64,000 nucleotides of DNA from Glaucostegus cemiculus (GCA_976551045.1 CDPCPM010000050.1:2790001-2854000), one strand, 5' to 3'. Counted from the first letter of the stretch, positions 22,721 to 36,005 are shown. Made by a program: numbers and translations. The notes: generated from the sequence alone by a model not told the origin.

Positions 22721-24450
22721 AACGAACTTGCTATTTAATGCAAAGCTTCCGTTTCAAAGCTGAATTCCTCCCCTGCATCGCAGTTTCATCTATTAGGAGT
22801 CATCCGTATGTCACGTCCCAGCGGTGGAACGGACACACTGAAGTTTCTGACAGTCTCGGGATGCATATTTGGGAGGAAATAGGCCTAGGAGTAATCAGCA
22901 CTAATTTCAGGCCCAGTAAAATCTTAGATCATGGGTGAAGCTTTTACAGGGGAACTACTTATTACTTATCACCTGTTGCTTTCGACCTGCTGATGAATCA
23001 GTATTGCTCCACGTCAAACACTATGTGGAAGAAAGATTGAGGATAACAAGCGATCCATGCAGTTGCGCGGAGAACCACGAAAATAATAAAGGTTGCCTGG
23101 TAGTAAACTGCCAGCTTGATCTCACTGAACGTCGAGTAGCAGAGCAAGCAGTGGAGGAAAACAAATCTTTGACTATCATTGGTGTGTTTATTAAATACAT
23201 TATTCATAACATTATCCGCCACACAATACCTATGTTATCGGGGTTTAGCGTCATGATAAATGGTTCGGATGGAAAACAGAATTACTGCCTTAAAATAAGG
23301 CACCCAGGCGGCCCTTTGCACCATTAACAGTAGGAAAATTCATTCAAGCAAAGTCCTTACGGTTGGTATATTCCTCATTTTTCTACTAAACCTTGCTCGA
23401 CAGTCAGTATAGAGCAGCCTCCCGGGAGCATCGGCAGATGCACCTGGATAGTAAATGCCAATCTGAGAAGCAGCAATAGCTTCTAATGTGCAGAAATAGA
23501 AACTTATGCACCAGTGTTTCGCCGTCTGCGGTCCACAGGCCACAACCAGTCGGTGAGATGGAAGGCGTGCACTTCTGCCACATCCAGTCAGTAAACGTGG
23601 CAGAGACTTTAAAAAGCATTGGAATGTGTGATTCCATGAACACGATGCTAGAAAGCAGAATGTTAACGCGAGAAAGACTGAACCATTTTCAATTCTCTCC
23701 AGCCTAAAATACCAACTGCATGCATTACTTCGGCCTCCTTTTAAGATCCCAACTATCACATGACCCAAGTTTCGGTCAACACAATAAATTCCATATGATA
23801 TCAATAAATGATCAGCCACACGAGGTGTGGTAAAAACAGGAAGTTGGACAATATCCTGACTGTGGTACTGAATATCCAAAGAAGTCTGATAGAATTTTAT
23901 TCATCCCCTCTCGCCTTCAACGTTTATTTCCTCTGGGCAAATACCTCAGAATGTCCATTGCATTCTTAACGTTTTTCTAACACTTCTGATGCAACTAATG
24001 GCTGTTATAATGATTGTATTCGAAGTCAGACGGAACAAAGAATAGAAAGCGAGCTCGTGGCTGGGATGAAAGTAATTTATCAAACGCATACCGTTCTGAC
24101 TAATTCGGTCAAATGTTTCAGTGTATAAAGTTAAGTTATTCTCACTTTGGGTTTGGGCGACTGGTCGGCAGCAGAGACACAGCCGATCACGTATACTTAC
24201 TTAAAGATAGATTGAAATGTGGTTATTCCTGTGCAGATATGGTTTGTCCTCTGAGGTTACGGATGCGTGCGCATACATCTCCAAAAGCTGCGGAACTCAG
24301 ACTCCTTATTGTTAGTATTGTTGCTGAATTATCCTAAACGGGTATAAAATAGTTATTGGTCGTATTACTAACGGAAAATCAGTTCCTTGTCGATGCTAAC
24401 TGGAAATTGTTTTACGCACCGGCAGGTGAGAAATATTATGCGATACGTTT

Positions 24451-24464
24451 CTGCCATCTGCTGG
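24451..24464 (-). promoter_or_regulatory. Candidate CTCF site (CCAGCAGATGGCAG)
   Basis: Matches the CTCF core consensus CCASYAGRKGGCR. Lies between cluster 2 and cluster 3. Confidence 0.58.
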
Positions 24465-27400
24465 TCACATCGCAAATGGCACGAAGGCCAGAAGCAGCTG
24501 AGCGTTGGCAGTTCCATGAAAAACCGCCTGTTTGGACCATGTAACATCGGACCGGAATTTTAGGGATCGGCCAGAAGGCCAATGGCTTGAACTCACTAGC
24601 GACCCTCTTCCAGCGGATTCCAGGGAGTTCTCAGAAATGAAATTCTCTGTGAAGTCCATTTGAGGCCCATCAGGGAATGAGAAAATCATAAAAGTGAAAG
24701 GCTGTTAAGATGGGAATCGAAACAAGAGCAACGACCATTGAATTGAAGCAAGGGGAACGGCTGCGAGTGAAGACAATTCAAAAGTTTTGGATTAGCATCA
24801 TTCAAAAGTTTTGGATTAACTGACCCTGTCTTTCAGTTTATAAAAAAAATATGAAGACTGTTGAGGTGCTAATTGACTTTCTCAATATTAATACATTCAA
24901 TTTTATTCTGTTGTCGAACGGTTACAATAGTTTTCGAGTTCATCTGCGTGTCAGCAATGTTCAGCAGCATCAAAAGTCCGCGAAGGCTTTCACGGTCGAC
25001 AAAATTTCAAAGCCATTCTCAGATTTGCCATTTTAGATTAAAGAAGGCCAATGAGCACGTCAGCATCAGGGGATCCTCAGGAATCAAGTCTACAATTACC
25101 TGCATGCAATTCACCAGTGCAGCTGCCGCTCAACATATTCTGGCGTGGCTCCCGGGAAAGCCATTAAACTATTAATTTGAAAATTATTCATTGATATATA
25201 AGTATCAGTGGGTTGGGAATCAGCGAGGTTCGTGCATGTCAACTTTCTGGCGAAGTGAAATTCAGGCAAATACATAAACGTGTTACTTGTAACATTAGTG
25301 TAACACTCACTAACCACGGCTGTCACATAAACACCATCTCATCCAGTGTACTGATTCGGTAAAGAGAAGTACGTGGGAGTTAGAGTGATAATCATTCATC
25401 AGGGAAGTGCACTGGGAATATTTCTGCAGAAAATTCTGTTGAAATTGCATGGATCAAATGAAAGAACCAGGAATGAATTACACAAGAGGATCATGGCAAA
25501 AGTTATTACGAACGCATATGTGGAAATTTACCGTTATATGCCCGTGACTTGTGCAAGGAGAGATTAATATTAAACTGAATGCTATATAAAAAATTCCAGG
25601 AGTACAGAAGCATCATGTATGTTTCTGTCATTTGACTCCCACTTAATTCGAATGCAATTCTTTTCAGTCCTTTTCCGATTTATCCGAGGAATATCGTTAA
25701 CGAATGTTTGTGAGCATTTCCTCCAAGCGCTGTGATATGTCAGAAAAGCACGGCACCATGGAAGAATAGAGGAACGCTGATCATCATACTGAATTTAAAG
25801 TCCCCACAGCAATCTAAATTATGCACCCGCAGAAAACGTTATTTGCACAGAGGTATCTCAATATCACTCCTTAAAATAATGCAAAGTTTCCACGCGCGAT
25901 GTTGCAGATGAGGGCAAAGGTTGCACGGATATTGCCATTAAGAACGTGGTTTAAACTAAAGAAGCAAAAGTGCAGGATTTTGCATTCTAACATGGCAGTG
26001 AAATACTGGCAACGGCTGAGGTATACAACAGTATTTTGTGTGGGTGCAGCCAGATCAGATAATACGTGACCAAGCAAATGTCCACTGTAAACATTTGACT
26101 CCGTGCCACAAGGATTTCAGAGAGCAGGCTGGATGACACGGGTGGAAGATCATGTAACTCTTCAATTACACAAGTTTATGATGGCACAGATAGGGATATG
26201 ACTGGGCAGAGTGGGAGCAATAAAATGCCATGGTGCAAACGAGCAATAGTCAGAAATGCGGGTTGACAGTGAAAGTCATTTCCAAAGTGGTTACTCTTTG
26301 GTTGAAACCATTGCATGGAGATTGTCTATCTTGGATATAAGATAACACACGGTAAAATATCAGTGACCCCCAGGATGTTGTCGTTGCATTCCTGGCCAAC
26401 GAACGATCCTGATCAGTTAATAACTGGATCATTGTCACGCTGCTGATCAAGGGTCTCTGCCAGACATTTGACAGAGCGCCAATACCGGTTCTCATACCAA
26501 TACCATCTGCCCCATTCTTCTGCGATTTCATTGGAATAAATGCTTTCACCAAAGCCCATTATATAATTTATATTCGCCAATTGACCAAGTAAGCAGCATT
26601 TCTTTGGGTCGTCGGTGGAGACGGTTTTCATGAGCGGGGCCTGCTTGACCATCACACGACGCGGTTATTTCATTGGGGATTGTGGGTGTAACAGGTAAGG
26701 AAAATGTATATTACATTTGGTTTATTTATTTCTGTTCTGGTTGAAGGTTCCGCCGCAATCAGCCGTTCGCTACTCGTTTCTAGGTCAGCGTCGGCCAGCG
26801 AAATGGGCCTTCCAGACCCGGAGGAAACAAGTTCGTGGGGCGTTGAATGTGGATGGCATATCGTGGCTTCACTCAGGAAACACGGGGGACAAATGATGAT
26901 ATCATCACTGTCAGTGCTTATCTCCACCTACCATGATTTTGTTTAACACTTTATCTCTTTATTTTCTCATTTTCACCAGTCCTCCCACTTACTCCGCCTC
27001 CTGATGTTTTGCGATCCGCAGACTCCTGTATGTCACTCTTTGTTTTGGCACTGAGGGTATCCAACTACCCAGCCAATCAGAGAACAATTTTGAATTCTGC
27101 TTTCAGTTTCTCTCTCCCAAACAGTTACCAGCCCACATTTTCAAATAATTTTACATTTGACCTGAAGAGGCTGCTTATATGTATGTAATCCTGTTCCACT
27201 CTCACCTCTTGTAGAACCAGTGTCTCCACGGCTACGTTCTGTCACAGTTCAAACGTTAAATCTCCCTATCAATCTCCTTGTCAGAGCAAATTATCCCATC
27301 TCTTTATTCCTCCAGACCGTTGCTTATCCCAACTAGGGTAGCCACACTGTAAAGTTGTATGTGTTTTAATACGCTTTAAAGGTGTGAGACCCCAAACCAC

Positions 27401-27810
27401 TCCTCATAAATACAACTCTTCCCCGCGATTCACTGCCCGAGACTTCTAGAAACAAGTGGGAATTGGCCTCGTTTCTCCATGGAGAATGCTATTTATGTTA
27501 CTACTGATGCTGAGTCCGAAATGGAACAGAATAGACAATGACCCTGATGGATACTGCGGCGAGGTTGTCATTATTGTGAAACAGTATTTAACAAAGGAGA
27601 CTGCTGAAAACTACGCGACAGTGATTCAAAGATTCTATAAATCTGAAGCTGCGAGAGTTTGGCTTCAGATGAACACTTGTGTAAAATGTAAATACTAAAA
27701 GGCGCTTGGAATTCATCCGATTGCTTAGAAAATAAAAATGAAAGAATGCCAAAATCTAGCAAAAAGCCGAATCACGCATTTGGGAATAAATTGCGTGAGG
27801 AGGCAACTGA

Positions 27811-28666
27811 TATAGAATGTACGGAAAATAGAGGCTGTACACATGTTTATTCATAATTTGCTCTGTGTCTAAGATGGCCGCTGGTCTCCCTAAGGTGACC
27901 GCTTCTTCTTTTCCAGCCCAAGCGCGGGAAACTTAGTGCAGAAACATGTAGCTCATTAAGCAGAGGATTAGTTCATTCCAAGAGAGACACTTTTGATCTA
28001 TGATAGCACATTAAATAGATAGTTAGCTCATTGCTAGGAAGAAACTATTTTGATCTATTGTGTAGCTAATGATTTTATAGCGGCCCCCTTTTGATAAATG
28101 AGAAGCCTGGTGCCAGCGAGGGATAGTTTTTGTACCTAATAACCTAATAACTGATAGTTCTGTAGTCTAATGCCAGTACTCACAACGCCCAGAAATAATT
28201 GGGGTATCCTGTGAGTGAGTCAAGAAATACAAGTGTCACGAGAAGGATAAAACTGTGAAGATAAGAGAGACCATGATGTATTATGACCATGTAATTGGGC
28301 TATGAAAAGGTATATTATTAGTAGAGCAGTGCCTAGTACTGATGTTATAATTGCATGTATTAATTAGACTGAAAGATAACTGTAGCGAACATGATATGAG
28401 TAGACTCGAGGTAAAATAAAACAATTATAAGTGGGTTAAGGAATGCGGAGTCTGCAGTTAGATGTCACAGTGTAGTTGAAATTGATGTGATTGATTATGC
28501 TGATTGAGCTGGGAAGTGGCCATAAAAAGAGCTGTAAGCCTCTGTTCGGGGGCACTAAGCGAATGGCTCACTGAGTGTCACAGCCTTTGTTTGCAAATAC
28601 AAGTTTAACTTCTTGGAGAATCTTCTGTGTCTCCTGGTTGTTCTCGGATCTCGGTCAACCACAACA
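27811..28666 (+). mobile_element. ~856-bp solo LTR (ERV-like) with 4-bp TSD CTGA
   Basis: CTGA at 27807-27810 and 28667-28670. Ends TA (probably mutated TG)...ACA. TATA-like cataaaaa at 28521 followed by cctctgttcgggggc and a polyA-like aaatacaa. Flanks rejoin to match empty sites at ~15280 and ~39777. Confidence 0.75.
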
Positions 28667-29035
28667 CTGACAGGAGATTGCACCACGTGTCCTAGTTCTT
28701 TTCTTAGAAATACGGACTCGAGGATAGTTCATCCCGAAACCCACCCAGCAATAACTCATTTCAAATATTGTCAGTGGAATTCATGAAATATCAAATTTTG
28801 GTCACCATTATATCTATACTCACACGTTCAAAACATCACCGTCTTTGGTACAAAGCCGTCTTCAGTATGAGGGATAAGGGAGATTTTATTGCATTTCTCC
28901 TCTAGTGTAATTACACTGGCGCTCTGATCAGCGAAGAAGAGATTGCGGCCAATGGATTCAAGCAGGCACACTGCACATCAGTAGTGATTGAAAATGAGAC
29001 AACCAAGATCAAACATGTAATATCGAAACATGACA

Positions 29036-29041
29036 TTTATT
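29036..29041 (-). terminator. AATAAA polyadenylation signal of the cluster 3 C exon
   Basis: About 37 nt after the stop, conserved context. Confidence 0.78.
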
Positions 29042-29077
29042 TTCACATGTGAAGAATCAGTACATAGGTTGCTCGAA

Positions 29078-29400
29078 TCACATACAACCGGATCTCACGA
29101 TGTTTGCCGTAAACGGGGTTGCCTGAGTTTCGTGTTCAACCACACAGGAGTAACGTTCATGTGAGTTCCAGACTGAAACTGGCAGAGTCAGGTAACTGCT
29201 CGCACTGAATGTGTTGTCCCTCTCCTGCTGGACCCGGCTGGTCACAACGCCATTCTTCCTCGCACTGCCATCCACAGTCCACTCGATGTTCACAGCGCCC
29301 GGATTAAACCCGCTCACCAAACACACCAGGGTAGCAGTGCCTTTTCCACTGATTTCTTCAGCTGAAGGTCGGAGGACCGACACCACAGGGGGACGCGGAT
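29078..29400 (-). CDS. IGL: IgL constant exon, cluster 3; intact
   Basis: PRPPVVSVLRPSAEEISGKGTATLVCLVSGFNPG...W...YSCVVEHETQ...RSGCM*. Both Ig Cys and the penultimate interchain Cys present. Acceptor at 29401-29402. Confidence 0.96.
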
Positions 29401-29487
29401 CTGAAAAATAGAAGCAGATGTGAACAGATCAATTATTGATTAACAATAACATCTAAATCAACCCAGGCAGCAATTGTGGAAGCAAGG

Positions 29488-29590
29488 GGACGGACGACCT
29501 TTCGGGCTGCGACTTCTGTCTCTACAGATGCTGCCTGACCCGCTGAATGCCTCTAGCAGTTTGGTTTTTGTTTTGCTGCAGTGTCTTTCT
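29488..29590 (+). mobile_element. Partial copy of the Penelope-like short repeat in the cluster 3 J-C intron
   Basis: cagatgctgcctgacccgctgaatgcctctagcagt is similar to 5323-5357. Preceded by an inverted partial hammerhead piece (acgacctttcgggctgcgact). Confidence 0.6.
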
Positions 29591-32090
29591 TCACTGCTTT
29601 TACAATCTACATCGCTAGAACCTCATTATATCCTCATTTTCACATCGCTGTTTCTGAGACAATAGGACGCGCGGACTGGCTGCAGCGTTTCCCAAATTGC
29701 GGTGCTGAATGCACTCACAAGCACTGGGACACAGGCTGTGGAAAGTGCGACATCAATGCACGTTTGTCCCTTGTCTTAATAAAAATTCAAAACTAGATTA
29801 AAATATCCTGAGTAAAGCTGCTGAAGATAATTGGTCCTAATCTCTTCCCTACGCCACCCCCACAGACATAACTGACCTGCTCCCCACCCCCAATTTTATA
29901 TGACAGAATGAATCTGCCGTGAGTTAATTGTAAAACTGGAACTTGAGGTCGAAGTACGTTTCAAAAGGAAAAACGTGTCTTTAAATATGAATTTTACACT
30001 CGTGTAATTGGGATCCAGAGTCCCAGCCGCTGTAAACATCTGATATTGAGGAATTGTGAACGGTGCAGCACCATGTCTCAAACAGAACGCAATCAATTGT
30101 CAGTCGTCAATTGAGTTGTTGTTCTGGGGATTAGCTTTAAAATGCTGTACTTTCATTCCATTCAAATTCGAAAACTGGATTCTGAGTCACACTGAAAGGT
30201 GAGCTTCAAATCCCATTTACTCCTACATCATCAACAATGAAGGCCAAATTTTTGGAGTGAAATTTATTTTGTCCGGTGGAATATTGATCAGTCCTTACGA
30301 TCGCGTTAGCGTATCGGTTATTCCCTGCGAAGTCGACCCAGCTTCATCATGAGGTTGTCCCTTAACGCAGGTATGCACTGCATGTTTCCAGATATAGATT
30401 ATTAATTAAATAAGGTATGGATTAGAAAAGACATTTGTTCCTTTTTATCTCCGGCTCCCTGTTCCAACCCGAACTATCTGAATATTATTTAATATCATGA
30501 CAGATAATAGGCACATTCTCCGATATTAAATTTTCGGTGCCGCGAATCACAGAACCAGCTACAAAACGCGCTGGAGAAGGTGCACAGAACCTCTGACAGG
30601 ATATTCCGGAAAACTTATTGGGCTCATTTCCTATGTTGGTCACATCGTGAGATCTGTGCCTATCAAAGGGAGTTAACGTGATCGTGGCGTCGAGGCGTTT
30701 AAGGTTCCTCTGTGTGATTTCGAAGATGACAGAGAGCTGCAGCAATTTGCCACACTCTCCCCTCTGCCGTTAACGTTCTACAATCACGGGGATGTTTTCA
30801 TGGGAATGAAATGGTAAAACAAAATGTTTTCATGTTGCAGTTTTCAGTATTTCAGAGACTGAATTGAAACCAGTCAAAAGACAATGCAAGACTCGGAGGT
30901 TTATAAGATTTATAAGGTCAGAAGGAAGTCCATCTCACATCTCGCTGCTTTTGAAGCGTACTTCACTCTCTGATCTTGTGTGTTATCTATTTATTTCTTT
31001 TCAAATATTCCACGCGCACTCATGGATCCTTCCTTGCATATGGGGCACTACTGCTCTCAGATTACTTTGGCTAAAAACGAAGCCTAATTTCTCCAATCGC
31101 CACGCAAATAATTACAAAATAATCGTTGAGATAGCGCCTTCAACAACACAACATGTTTCATAGCAACACGATGTGACCAACATAGGAATTGATCCCAATA
31201 AGCATTTGAAATCAGAAGAGCAGGATTTAAGGCAAAGTCCTAACTTTTAAGAGTGTTTGAAAGGGTCAAAGAGTGGTCGCGACGTAGAGTGGTTTGGAGA
31301 TGGAATTCCAGAGCTTGGAACACTTTCAGCTGAAAGCAATGCAAGAGGCTGAAGACGTTGAAATCGCTGATGATCAAGTGGCGAAAATTATATCTTAAAC
31401 GGTTAAAAGGCCAAAGATAACAAAAATGAAATTGTTCGAACCCTGAGAATGATGTCATAAGAAGGGTGTAAGTCAACAAACACAGAAGGGGACCGGGGGT
31501 GAGAGGGACTCGGGTGAGAGTGGAGAAAAGGAGATCAGAGTTTAGAAGAGCTTAATGTTTCTGAGGCTGACAACGGGGGAGGTGAAGCGTAAACTGGAAA
31601 AGTCAAGTCGGGCGATATTGCGGAGGAGGAACCAGATATTCTTAATTCTTACCTCCATAACTTCCTTCGCTCTCTTCCTACCTGACACCATCTGATCTAT
31701 GCCTTTGCTGCTTAAGTTCTTGACTTTTCCAATCTGCTCTCAAAGTTGAAGCCTCTCACTTGTAACATTTTAATAAATGGCTTTTAAATTCTCTTCAAAA
31801 TTCAACGCCATCAATAATATCAGGGGCCATTTAGTTATTTTTAAAAGCTTATTGGTCACTGAATCCCAAACTACATCAATATATTTTAATGACATTTGAA
31901 GTTACTTCGTCTATCAATCTATCAAAGTTTTTTTTTCTTGTTTTAGTTGTTTTTATACCAAAGATCAGGGGACAACAGGATCAGTGCTTTCAAACCCAAT
32001 GAAAATAATGGACACTTAGATTATTGTTCCAAAGGTTTGTAACTGGAAAGCAACAACTTACAACTCTTGGAATGTCGCAAGTGTACTTAC

Positions 32091-32435
32091 TGCTCAAGTT
32101 CAGTTTGGTTCCTTTCCCGAAGGTGAAGATATTATAACCTATATTCATAGCGCAGTAATAATCGGCAGCGTCCTCCGATTGCACGTTGGTGATGGTTAAA
32201 TGCAGCTGGTGATTCAATGAGTCCAACAAACCGGTAAATCGATCTGGAATGCCTGGACCTCTACCATAGCTTCCATGCCACACAATGACTGGGGCGCTGG
32301 CGGGTTTCTGCCGGTACCAGCTCCAGTAGTAGCTACCGATGCTGCCTCCTGATGTGGTACAGATGATCTTTACGGTTTGTCCCGCAGTAGCTGAGGCAGA
32401 CGGGGGCTGAGTCAAAACAATCTCTGCGAATGTAT
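32091..32435 (-). CDS. IGL: Germline-joined VJ exon, cluster 3; intact
   Basis: TFAEIVLTQPPSASATAGQTVKIICTTSGGSIGSYYWSWYRQKP...GIPDRFTG...EDAADYYC-AMNIGYNIFT-FGKGTKLNLS. AG at 32436-32437, GTAAGT at 32085-32090, 345 nt. The QPPS start is lambda-like. Confidence 0.96.
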
Positions 32436-32522
32436 CTGGTGAAAGGCAAATTAATGTTAGAATCGTCAAATATCCGCACAATGTGAAATGCAGCGATATT
32501 TTGGATTATGCATTGTCCTTAC

Positions 32523-32571
32523 TGTGGAAACAGAACACCAGTGCGAAAAGACCGCGCATCCATTCAGCCAT
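32523..32571 (-). CDS. IGL: Leader exon, cluster 3: MAEWMRGLFALVFCFH
   Basis: ATG at 32569-32571, 49 nt, GTAAGG donor, 87-bp intron, in frame with the VJ exon. Confidence 0.92.
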
Positions 32572-32633
32572 GGTGAAGGAGATAAAGGGATGTTTTCCGA
32601 CAGAAGATTGCTTCTGGGCTCCTTCCAAGCCTC

Positions 32634-32704
32634 CTCTTAAGAAATGTCAAGTATCGTTACGTCACCAGCTATTAATCATTCATACAAATTACTGTCGACG
32701 TGAC
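32634..32704 (-). promoter_or_regulatory. IgL V promoter, cluster 3, with variant octamer ATTTGTAT (32682-32689) and variant E-box (32697-32702)
   Basis: Positional homology and unchanged octamer-to-ACGTGA spacing. TGACGT at 32659-32664. Confidence 0.75.
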
Positions 32705-33479
32705 AACGCAATATGAAATCATGGGTGGGAAATTTACTCATACTTACATAGCACCAACCCATTCGAGACGAAAGAGTGAAACACAATGAAGTGCACAGGC
32801 AAACAGCAGAAAGCAGCAGAGTAAACAGTGCAGAGAAACGGGGAGGAACAATGGATTCACTGTACATTTAAGCTGCACAAACACCAATACTGCCACAGAC
32901 GGGAGAAGGTGAGGGGCAATAATTGCTCAGTTGCCCAAGGAAGAGGAGTTCATGCACGGCCAAGAGACTGGCCGATAAATATATTGTAAATCGAATAAAG
33001 TATTGCGCGAAAGCTAATTCTGAAGATTTAAAAAAAGAAAAAAAAAGTCATGTGTGTTATCCTGTGTGCGCTGGCGCAGGATAACATTCAACACAATTAC
33101 CTTCGGGTTCTGCTTCAATGAAATTCCGGTTTGAGATTACAAACTGAGAGGTGCATTGCTAACACGTTGATACAAGTTAGTACATTGTTAAAGGTTAACA
33201 GAGATTTTATTGGTGTTTAAGTGACAGCTCACAGCACAATTTCGCGAGAAGCATCTTTGGACCGATTAAAGTAGTGCATTTTCCATTGCGAAGATGAAGG
33301 GTGAAAGAGAGTCTTGAGCTGTTAGTTTTGCAGGAATAAAGAACGTGCGCGACCTGTCACTTCAGATGTGGTCTGTTTGAAATACAATGGAGAGTTCGAA
33401 AAACAAAACCAATGCAACAGAGCCGAGAGGGATTCAGTAATTATTGCCTGCTATTCCTGGAATCTGGATGGAAGATTCA

Positions 33480-34535
33480 AACCATGGGCCTAAATAAAAA
33501 ACGATGTAAACTATATTATAAGAAATAGGTTCACTAATATAGGTCGGGAAGTTGCATTGAAAGGTATGACGGTGGAGAGATACTGGCTAACATTCAAAGA
33601 CGTGAGGAAAAAATATTATTGGGCTGAAAGCGGATTAATCCCGAATATTAGTAGATAATCAGCAACCATGATTCCTAAAGGAGGTAGTCATTGAAATAAT
33701 GGATGTACTGATTGCCACCTTCCTAACTTCTAGAGGGAATAGAACTGTTAGCGGGTAGCTAATGTAAGCACATTGCTGAGAAAATGAGTTGGGGGAGAAA
33801 TCTAGTAATTACAGGCGTACAGGTTGTAATAAAATCCTACCTCAGAGTTTAGTGTCAAAATTAAATCATATAGGACTGGGACAATATACTGGCATGTCTT
33901 GAAAATTTGTGGACTCACGTGGAATAAAAACAGGCAGTCATTATCTGTACGAATCAGTGCTTAGGACGCACCTATCTGCGGTCTATATCAAGAGTTCGAT
34001 GGAGGAACTGAATGTAATGTTCCTAAATTTGGCGATGACATGAAATTGGGTGGGATCTACTTGCCATAGAGGGAATGCAACAAATTACTGGGATGGCGGT
34101 ACTGTCGGTTAGGGAGAGATCGGATCTACTGTGCTTGTATTTCTAAAATTTAGAAGTATGCGAGTAAATGTCATTCAAATTACCACATTGCAATGTACAA
34201 GGTTTTGAGAGGAGTTGCCAGGCTTGGTATATGGAGGACGTTTCTCCTGGCTGCGAGGTCCATTAAAGCGAGCACAGCCCTAGGGTAAGGGCTGCCAGAC
34301 TTATTACTAGATGGGGCGACATTTTCACTCAGAAAGTGGTGAACATCTGTAATTCTCTGCTACAGAAAACTGAATATAGTTCAAAAGAAGAAGACAGATA
34401 ATGCAAAGGGTATGAAGAGATATGGGAGAGAGTGGAAATACGATACTGCAATTGCAGGCCAAATATCATCGCACTGAATAGAGGAAAGGCTAGAGGGGCC
34501 GAAGGGCCTGTTTCCGCTCCTATTTTTCTATGTTT
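33480..34535 (+). mobile_element. Decayed CR1 relic ending in a CR1-type 3' end
   Basis: aaatttggcgatgacatgaaattgggtgg (KFxDD region) at ~34025. 3' end ggccgaagggcctgtttccgctcctatttttctatgtt at ~34497-34535. Confidence 0.7.
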
Positions 34536-34837
34536 CCACCATCGGGTATTTTCTGCCCTTCGGCACCCTCATGACTGTAGATGGTTGGGGCTGTGTGGGG
34601 ATAATCGTAACTGCGCGGTGGATATTATGTAAATATCTTCCCATGCACCTCGCTTTATGTTCACGCTTTCGAATAGAAACGTATTGACGATAAACCACTT
34701 CAATGCATTTGAAAAATACTGGCGTGTTGGTAGCCCGAAGAGGTTGAGATAATGGTAAATCTCATAGGTTACTGGATTACTGGAGTCTGGCCGCGAGTGT
34801 CTGGAAAGGAGGAAATGTAGAAACCTAAGAGTGACAT

Positions 34838-35086
34838 TTTCATTTTATTTATTTACAACGTGGTAACAGGCCCTTTAGGCCCAACAAGTCTACGCCGCCC
34901 ATTTTAAATCCCCAAATTAACCTACCCGTACGTCTTTCAGAATGTGGGAGGAAACCGGAGCACCCGGAGGAAACCCACGCAGACACGGGAGAACATACAA
35001 ACTCCTTCCAGACAGCGACGGGAAACGAACCCCGATCGCTGGCGCTGTAACAGCGTCGCGCTAACCGCTACGCTATCGTGCTGCCC
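34838..35086 (-). mobile_element. Young tRNA-derived V-SINE (HE1-like)
   Basis: Central core GGGTTTCCTCCGGGTGCTCCGGTTTCCTCCCACA on the minus strand, tRNA-like head with A/B boxes, A-rich tail. Confidence 0.88.
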
Positions 35087-35991
35087 TTTGGGAGCAAGTT
35101 TTCACAATATCGCCGGGAAGTTACTAAACAATAAGCCTGCCCATTTACAGCATTCTAGAACAATTGACGTTTAACTTGACTTGCACTTTTTTTGTTATTT
35201 TTCACTTGAAGTTTTACCTGCGGAAGTTGTTTAAAGTTCACTGAGAGTACGGTTTAGCCGAACTAGTGCCTGGTCTCATCGGGCCCTGCAAACAATGTGT
35301 CTCATATATTCGCACATTGCCTTTACTGAATTGCGAAAAATTGTCCTGGGATCGATAACGGTGAACTTCTGTGTTCCTCACTTTCGAGATTCTTTTCCTA
35401 GCGGTGCCATTTCCGGAATGTATCAGGAGTTCTCCGATCCCGCTGTGCCAGTTCTACGAGCCAATTTATTTAAATTGGAATTCCGCAGCAGTGCGGAGGA
35501 ATGTTCAGAACAAAGTTACGGGCATTTTAAAACACGTCTTTTGTTATAATTTTTAACAAGTTAATTTTCAAACCTCTTTAATGAATTTTGAAATCTTATT
35601 GATTTTTCTCAATACTTTATAAATACGTTTGTCAGTCACAGACATCCAAATATTCGTAAATGTCACAGGGCACAAAGTTGACGCCTGAAGGTCTGTCTCA
35701 GTTTCCAGAGGATCTTCGTGAATGGTTTGGCTTTACCTACCTCGGCCAGTTCCGTTGTTCGACGCTAAGCTAACGCACAGAGCTTCCAATCTTAGGGTCA
35801 TCTGATACTTTAGGAGCCCTTGAAGATCAATGTAAATTACTGCTTGTTACTCTTACTTTTACCGAAGTAAGATAAGGGCTCATCAATGAATTTTCAAGAC
35901 GTCCTTGTCCATGTTAAATGCAAATTGCCGACATATTGTTGGAAACAATTCTTTTTCTCGTCAATCATATGAAGTAAAACGTGATGCATTC

Positions 35992-36005
35992 GCGCCACCT
36001 TCAGG
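35992..36005 (-). promoter_or_regulatory. Candidate CTCF site (CCTGAAGGTGGCGC)
   Basis: CTCF-compatible core at the position homologous to 24451 and 49960. Lies between cluster 3 and cluster 4. Confidence 0.5.

Larger units (their letters stand above)
11461..26610 (+). repeat. Segmental duplication copy A (3' flank, C exon, intron, pseudo-VJ, 5' flank); paralogue of ~35792-52000
   Basis: Collinear high similarity, e.g. 11461 tagggtcatgtgatactttcggagcccttgaagatc vs 35793 tagggtcatctgatactttaggagcccttgaagatc. It continues through both C and both pseudo-VJ exons at an offset of 24.3-25.5 kb. Confidence 0.92.

Noticed and set aside
22935-23879. 130-aa and 179-aa ORFs with paralogues at 48458-49090
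   Set aside because: No recognisable domain, partial overlap with decayed LINE sequence, indels between copies, and disruption by Rex1 in the cluster 1 spacer.
31990-32481. 163-aa ORF suggesting an intronless leader fused to VJ
   Set aside because: The N-terminal part is the 87-bp leader intron read through by chance, with no ATG start. A canonical leader exon exists at 32523-32571.
34990-35086. tRNA-like sequence with A/B boxes (also 36203-36280)
   Set aside because: It is the head of a V-SINE, not a tRNA gene.
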